From Clostridia bacterium (GTDB lineage Bacteria > Bacillota > Clostridia > Oscillospirales > CAG-272): a stretch of 64,000 nucleotides of DNA. The notes beneath the pieces were generated by a model. That model was given only the letters and a program-made list of their open reading frames with translations. It was not told the DNA's origin and did not search any database. This document shows, one piece after another, positions 59,099 through 64,000 of the stretch (position 1 is its first letter; each line of letters starts with the position of its first letter). The stretch lies in NCBI GenBank assembly GCA_017508195.1, contig JAFVZL010000039.1:18271-82270 (forward strand), read 5' to 3'. A program made the position numbers and the translations under genes.

Positions 59099-60910
59099 TC
59101 ACCCGAGAATAAGCTCATAAAGCGACTTATCAATAATTCCGAGGTGAATGAGGATAATCACCTGCTCCTCACCGCCGAGGCTCGCAATAAGCTCGTTGAG
59201 CTTCTCGCGCTCGGTCTTCTCTATCTTCGGTATGGTAGTTACACTCTCCTCACCGCAGACGGTACAGGTCTTCTTCTCCGAGCCCGCCTTATCCTCGGTA
59301 GGCTCGACCCTTACGGGCTCACCCCACTTATGATCACCCGTCGCAGGAACACTCTCGCCTGCCTCTATAAAGTATCCGCAATCGGAACAGTAAACGTCAC
59401 CCGTATAGCCGGGAGTATGGCAGGTCGCCTCAGTCACGTTTCTATATTCTGTATTAGTATGATTGCAATCGGGATCGATAGCGGGTATAGACTCGGTCTT
59501 GGTAGCTCCGCAGACCGCACAGGTCATCTTGCCCGTACCCGTAGAGTTAACGGTAGGGGGTGTGATCACCTCGAGTCCGCCAAATGCGTGCTGTCCCGTA
59601 GCAAGCACCGAGCTTCCCGATGAAAGCTTCTCATTGCAGTCAACGCAATACGTGTCACCGGTGTAGCCCATAGCACCGCAGGTTGCGGCAACCTTATTTC
59701 TGATCTCGGTATTCTCGTGCTCACAGGGAGGCACGATAACGGGTATCGTCTCGGTAGTAGTCGCATCGCACACGGTGCAGGTCTTTTTACCGACACCCGT
59801 CGTGGTCTCGGTAGCGGGAGTAACGACTACAAGCTCACCCCAGGTGTGTCTGCCGGTGGCTGAAATTGCCGTTCCGGTGGCGATCTTCTCACCGCACGCG
59901 GTGCAGTATGTATCACCGGTATAACCCGATTCACCGCAGGTAGCACTAACCTTGTTTCTGATCTCGGTAGAGGAGTGACGGCAGGTAGTATCACCCGAGC
60001 CGCCCGAGCCCGAGCCGCCAGAGGGGGTGGTCATATCCGAGGGGGCAGTCTTGCCAAAGAGATTCCACGCAAGCTCTGGGTAGTCGATAAATACGTTTCT
60101 GTTACCCTGATACTTTTCAACGATATCGTTTCTGCTCATCTCCCAGGTGTCAACAGGGTCGAGCGCACACCACTTAAGAAGAACGTCAACGCTTTCAAAT
60201 ACGTTGGTGATCTTGTCACATGTGTACTGCGACATACCGCCGTATCTTACGTACATATAAAGACATATTCTCGCAACGTCACCCTTGGCGAAGTCCAGAG
60301 GCTCGAAGTAACTGTTGCCGGTATAGCCGCCGAGCATTCCGCTTGCAGCATTTCCGCCGATAGCCTCCTTGGTTCCGCCCTCACCAAATTTGTCGTTGCC
60401 GCGAATGGAGTTGACTCTGTTATCCGAGGGACGGATATGGTGAAGATCGGCACCGGGGCCCGAGGTCTCATAACCGCCGAGCGACTTCGGCCATACGTGC
60501 TCCTTATTCCACGAGCCGCCGTGTCCGCTCTGAGTAGACGTTCCGTTTGTGTAGAGCAGAACGACGTTACCCTTTCCGTCACTGCAGTCGGTGTTAGAGC
60601 CAAAGTCTCTGCAATCGTTGTAGCTCGAGTTTTTGTGATGCGTGCTTGTAGTAAGCGTTCTCAGCTTCTGCAAAAGGGCATCGTTCTTAAGTCCCGAAAG
60701 GTTTGAATAAGAATACTCACCCGTGTAATAATTATTCGCCTGCGTGCTGAGTGAGGTACATTCGGTATCACGGTTTCCCGAGTTATAATAACCACTTAAG
60801 CTCGAAACAAGCTCCGACTTCGGCAACGCCGATACAGGCAGCACCAGCACCGAAAGAAGCACTGAGAAAAGCAGCAGTAAAGCTACGATAGATTTTATAT
60901 TTCTTTTCAT
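59099..60910 (-). CDS. secreted endonuclease I-family nuclease fused to three 86-aa Cys/His-rich repeats
   Basis: Signal peptide. Endonuclease_1 motifs EHVWPKSLGG and DLHHIRPSDNRVNSIRGNDKFGE. A Gly/Ser linker. Three tandem repeats with an exact 258-nt period (first Cys codons at 59981, 59723 and 59465). Confidence 0.8.
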   Translation of the reverse strand: MKRNIKSIVALLLLFSVLLSVLVLPVSALPKSELVSSLSGYYNSGNRDTECTSLSTQANNYYTGEYSYSNLSGLKNDALLQKLRTLTTSTHHKNSSYNDCRDFGSNTDCSDGKGNVVLLYTNGTSTQSGHGGSWNKEHVWPKSLGGYETSGPGADLHHIRPSDNRVNSIRGNDKFGEGGTKEAIGGNAASGMLGGYTGNSYFEPLDFAKGDVARICLYMYVRYGGMSQYTCDKITNVFESVDVLLKWCALDPVDTWEMSRNDIVEKYQGNRNVFIDYPELAWNLFGKTAPSDMTTPSGGSGSGGSGDTTCRHSSTEIRNKVSATCGESGYTGDTYCTACGEKIATGTAISATGRHTWGELVVVTPATETTTGVGKKTCTVCDATTTETIPVIVPPCEHENTEIRNKVAATCGAMGYTGDTYCVDCNEKLSSGSSVLATGQHAFGGLEVITPPTVNSTGTGKMTCAVCGATKTESIPAIDPDCNHTNTEYRNVTEATCHTPGYTGDVYCSDCGYFIEAGESVPATGDHKWGEPVRVEPTEDKAGSEKKTCTVCGEESVTTIPKIEKTEREKLNELIASLGGEEQVIILIHLGIIDKSLYELILG

Positions 60911-60969
60911 TTTCTTCTCCTATAAATCAATAATATCCACAAATTTCAAACAATTGTTAACAATATTGA

Positions 60970-61767
60970 TTATTTCACGATCGTATCGAGCGTTACACTC
61001 TCATAACCTGTCGCATCAGCGGGAGCAGTCACGGATACCTCGCTCGAGTAATCGTAGAAGGTCTCGATCTCAACGGTAACGGGGTAACTTGCGTCACCTA
61101 CGGCAACCGCATAGTAGCAACCGAGAACGGTCTTGAAAAGCTCACCGCCGAGAAGCTCTACCGTGTAGTATACGCTGCTCTTTACCATAACCGCCTCTCC
61201 GCCTATCGACTCAAAGCGAGACGTAAGAGCCTCGGTAAGAGCCGCGAAGGGCTCGTCCTTTATCTTCGAGCAGGTGATAACGGTCTTAGCACCGCCATCC
61301 TCCTCGGAGAAGCTCTCGAAGTCATCAGCACCGATATCGAGTCCCGATCCAAGCCTCTCGGTAAGATCGGCAATATCATTTTCACCTATCGCAGCCTTCT
61401 CCTTGACCGTAGCACTTGCAGTGCCGCTGTTCGCGGTGGTAGTGCGGTAAAGAACACCGTCAATAAGAACGTACTCATTAGTAAGCTCGAGTCCGTCGAG
61501 GCTTATCTCTGCCAGCACCTTAGAGCTCTCACCGTCATAGATGACCTTTGTACTGCTCGATTCAACGCCCTCGAGTGCCGCCTTAAGCTCCTCGTTATCT
61601 GTAGTTATTGTTGTTGTAACTATGGTCGTATACTTTCCGCCCTCGAGCGAAGCCTCAGCCGCCTCTATCTTATCGGCAGGACCCCCACCGATGCCGAACG
61701 CATCGCAGGACGCAAGACAACATACGATGAGCGCGATCACGCTCACGAAAGCTATTAATCTTTTCAT
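60970..61767 (-). CDS. lipoprotein of unknown function
   Basis: Lipobox CLASC|D after MKRLIAFVSVIALIVC. Start at ATG 61767 (GGAG SD). The listed ORF extends to 61833. Confidence 0.6.
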   Translation of the reverse strand: MKRLIAFVSVIALIVCCLASCDAFGIGGGPADKIEAAEASLEGGKYTTIVTTTITTDNEELKAALEGVESSSTKVIYDGESSKVLAEISLDGLELTNEYVLIDGVLYRTTTANSGTASATVKEKAAIGENDIADLTERLGSGLDIGADDFESFSEEDGGAKTVITCSKIKDEPFAALTEALTSRFESIGGEAVMVKSSVYYTVELLGGELFKTVLGCYYAVAVGDASYPVTVEIETFYDYSSEVSVTAPADATGYESVTLDTIVK

Positions 61768-61971
61768 CCGTATATTTCTCCTATTTAAATATTTTACCAT
61801 TTTAATTGTACACCACGCGCGCCCGTTTGTCAATATGTGGGTGGAATTATGGCGATTTCGTCATTCAGCGAGCTCGATTCGAGCCCCAAGCAAGCATGAA
61901 GGGCACCGCATAAGCTGCGATGCCCGGAGCTATTTATTAGTCGGTGTTATTGGTCGGCGTGGCGTTTGGAT

Positions 61972-62406
61972 TTAGTTGCCATTTAACAAATTTTCAACCT
62001 CTCGTTTTAATCTTTCAGCCGGTTTTACGAAAGTGAAATGCAAAAAAAGCAGCACGAGCGGGAACATAACTATGGTAAACAATGACGCAACGTACATAGG
62101 GATAAAAAGAATCAGAACAAGCAAGTGCATTCTTACAACAATTGATACGGTGCTTATGCCATCCTTTTCAACAATTTTTGCTTTTACCACGGGAGCAAAA
62201 GAATTTTTGGTATGTACGAATGTAGAATGCTTTAAAGGCTTTTCGCCAATAAAAAATCCGGATTCCGAAATGCTGCCGTAATAGTCCGTATATCCAGGAT
62301 CTGCAAACGATTTAACTCTGTCCAGTATTTGCTGCTTTGACAATTTAGTTTTTATTTCGAATTTTTCAAAAAGAAGTAATCTTTGTAGGATTTTGTTCAT
62401 ATTCAT
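61972..62406 (-). CDS. hypothetical protein with C-terminal double TM segment (144 aa)
   Basis: ORF with A+T-rich codon usage. No recognisable motif. Confidence 0.45.
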   Translation of the reverse strand: MNMNKILQRLLLFEKFEIKTKLSKQQILDRVKSFADPGYTDYYGSISESGFFIGEKPLKHSTFVHTKNSFAPVVKAKIVEKDGISTVSIVVRMHLLVLILFIPMYVASLFTIVMFPLVLLFLHFTFVKPAERLKREVENLLNGN

Positions 62407-62436
62407 GATCTCGCTTGTTCATTGATTTGCCTTAAA

Positions 62437-62778
62437 TCACTGGTTTTTCAAAGTCGTAACAGACGAGACAAGCATACGGCGGATACTGCCGCAATCGTGA
62501 AGTGCTTTTTTTAATGCTTCTTCCGGTATAATGGATGCTCTTTGCATTAACTCCAACCAATACTCCGTTTCATAACGCTCCTTGAGTGCGATTTGTAATT
62601 TCGAGGTGAGATCCGCTTTACTTTGAGCATATTTTGCTTCTCTTATATTTGCACCTATACTTGTAGCAGCGCGTTCGAGTTGGTTTTTGAGAGAATAATG
62701 CCCTTGAATTTGGTCACATAGATTTAAAATTTTCACGGAAAAATCCATAGATAAGTCAGCTAACCTATTCTCTTTCAT
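62437..62778 (-). CDS. four-helix-bundle protein (TIGR02436; 23S rRNA intervening-sequence protein family)
   Basis: 113 aa. SIGANIREAKYAQSKADLTSKLQIALKERYETEYWLELM is the family signature. Confidence 0.8.
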   Translation of the reverse strand: MKENRLADLSMDFSVKILNLCDQIQGHYSLKNQLERAATSIGANIREAKYAQSKADLTSKLQIALKERYETEYWLELMQRASIIPEEALKKALHDCGSIRRMLVSSVTTLKNQ

Positions 62779-62796
62779 GAAAGCTCTCCAAATAAT

Positions 62797-62989
62797 GAAA
62801 TCCCGCGACCTTCAGTCGCGCGAAGAAATCTTCACTGCGTTCAGAAGAAATCCGCCTTCAGCGGAATAAGTCGAAAACTTTGTTTTCGGTTAGAATTAAA
62901 TCCACCCACCGCCGCAGCGATTTCTTCCGAGCTTCAGCGAGGATTTCTTCTGCGTAGCAGATTTATTCCACCATCAGGTGGATTTAATT
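62797..62989. repeat. hairpin/linker train, family 2 (GAAGAAATC linker in both orientations)
   Basis: Partial GAAATCC at 62797, full GAAGAAATC at 62822 and 62844, and the reverse complement GATTTCTTC at 62919 and 62942. Hairpins are CGCGAC-CTTCA-GTCGCG, CCGC-CTTCA-GCGG, CGAAAAC-TTT-GTTTTCG and TCCACC-ATCA-GGTGGA. Confidence 0.7.
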
Positions 62990-63010
62990 GAAAACACCAT
63001 CGGTGTTTTC
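62990..63010 (-). terminator. probable guaA terminator
   Basis: GAAAACACC-ATC-GGTGTTTTC, 2 nt after the stop. The U-tract lies partly within the stem. Confidence 0.5.
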
Positions 63011-63011
63011 C

Positions 63012-64000
63012 TCATTCCCATTCGATCGTTCCAACCGGCTTCGGTGTCAGATCATAGCAAACTCTGTTGATTCCCTCGACCTCTTTGGTGATACGGTCGG
63101 TGATGCGGTGAAGCAGCGCATAGGGGATCTCCTCGATAGTTGCGGTCATGGCATCGGTCGTGTTAACGGCGCGGATGATCGCGGGCCATCCCTCGTATCT
63201 CTTTCCGTCCTTCACACCCACCGACTTAACGTCAGGAACGGCAATGAAGTACTGCCATACCGTCTTTGAAAGTCCGCTATTCTCGAACTCCTCGCGGAGT
63301 ATCGCATCCGCCTCGCGCAGAGCCTCAAGTCTGTCGCGCGTAATTGCGCCGAGGCAGCGCACGCCGAGACCGGGACCCGGGAAGGGCTGTCTGTCTACCA
63401 TGGACGAGGGCAGACCGAGCGCACGGCCTACCTCGCGTACCTCATCCTTATAAAGGAGCTTTACGGGCTCTACGAGCTCGAACTGAAGATCCTCGGGCAG
63501 ACCGCCTACGTTGTGGTGCGCCTTGACACCGTCGGACTCTATGATATCGGGGTATATAGTACCCTGAGCGAGAAATTCGATGCCCTCGAGGCCTCTTGCC
63601 TCCTCCTCGAATATTCTGATGAACTCAGCGCCGATTATCTTTCTTTTCTCCTCGGGAGAGCTTACGCCCTCGAGCTTCGAGAGATATCTGTCGGTAGCAT
63701 CGATATAAACGAGGTTAGCACCAAGACCCTTTTCAAAGACGTCAATAACCTGCTCGCTTTCGCCCTTACGCATAAGGCCGTGGTTGACGTGTACGCATAC
63801 GAGCTGCTTTCCGATAGCCTTGATAAGCAGAGCTGCGACAACGGATGAGTCTACTCCGCCCGAGAGCGCGAGAAGGACTTTTTTGCTGCCTACCTGCTCT
63901 CTCACCGCCTTGATCTGCTCGTCGATAAAGGCGTTGGCAAGCTCGCGCGTGGTAATGCGCTTCATATCATCGGGTCTTTTGTTGGGATTCATCTCAATTC
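63012..64000 (-). CDS. guaA: GMP synthase, ATP-pyrophosphatase/dimerisation part (5' end at or beyond window edge)
   Basis: SGGVDSSV P-loop, HHNVGGLP and the C-terminal GTIEWE. The frame stays open past the Met at 63992 to the window edge. A fused GATase domain and a split GuaA-B subunit therefore cannot be distinguished. Confidence 0.85.
   Translation of the reverse strand, partial: IEMNPNKRPDDMKRITTRELANAFIDEQIKAVREQVGSKKVLLALSGGVDSSVVAALLIKAIGKQLVCVHVNHGLMRKGESEQVIDVFEKGLGANLVYIDATDRYLSKLEGVSSPEEKRKIIGAEFIRIFEEEARGLEGIEFLAQGTIYPDIIESDGVKAHHNVGGLPEDLQFELVEPVKLLYKDEVREVGRALGLPSSMVDRQPFPGPGLGVRCLGAITRDRLEALREADAILREEFENSGLSKTVWQYFIAVPDVKSVGVKDGKRYEGWPAIIRAVNTTDAMTATIEEIPYALLHRITDRITKEVEGINRVCYDLTPKPVGTIEWE

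Noticed and set aside
63012-63992. Treating Met at 63992 as the true start of a stand-alone GuaA ATP-PPase subunit
   Set aside because: The frame remains open to the window edge and only 8 nt of upstream sequence are visible. A fused GATase domain cannot be excluded. The segment before the P-loop lacks the Trp-containing linker I expect in fused enzymes, so the question stays open.
1-64000. Mobile genetic element, prophage or defence island
   Set aside because: I recognised no integrase, transposase, recombinase, phage structural gene or known defence gene. The A+T-rich islets and the MITE-like array are only suggestive. Mobility claims would need comparative genomics.

Overview
This 64-kb window looks like a chromosomal segment of a Gram-positive, Clostridia-type Firmicute. 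Supporting signs are GGAGG-type Shine-Dalgarno sites, TTGACA/TATAAT promoters, many lipobox lipoproteins, class-3 FBPase, Rex and DnaD/DnaI-type loaders. I support about 45 protein genes. I saw no rRNA, tRNA, CRISPR array, transposase or integrase. The content falls into four groups. (1) Glycan-foraging genes: GH20, GH77 (malQ), GH2, a CUT1-type ABC sugar importer, a GPH symporter, a NanA/DapA-family aldolase with an AraC regulator, and SGNH/esterase genes. (2) A housekeeping block at 38.1-47.6 kb: DUF1385-prmC, ddl-murI, rbfA, galU-rimI-tsaD, rex-dnaD-like-dnaI-like. (3) Two loci (26.0-35.4 kb and 47.7-55.7 kb) share the same three-part make-up. Each has a ~1,230-aa secreted beta-helix-like protein ending in a sialate-O-acetylesterase-like domain, a ~1,000-1,340-aa LRR lipoprotein, and an MFS transporter. 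(4) The most unusual material is non-coding. Several gene-free spacers (0.49-1.1, 25.3-26.0, 35.4-36.5 and 62.8-63.0 kb) are built almost entirely of structured repeats. These include trains of short GC hairpins separated by a constant linker (ATATCGC in one family, GAAGAAATC in another). Between copies, whole stems are exchanged while pairing is kept. There are also tandem 244-bp and 178-bp units, a 3 x ~105-bp array bracketed by 18/19-nt inverted repeats, and a recurring TTTGG(C/T)ATAACCG box placed just after gene ends. All functional calls come from motif recognition by eye. No database search, folding or statistics could be run. Coordinates of small sites were hand-counted and may be off by a few nt.
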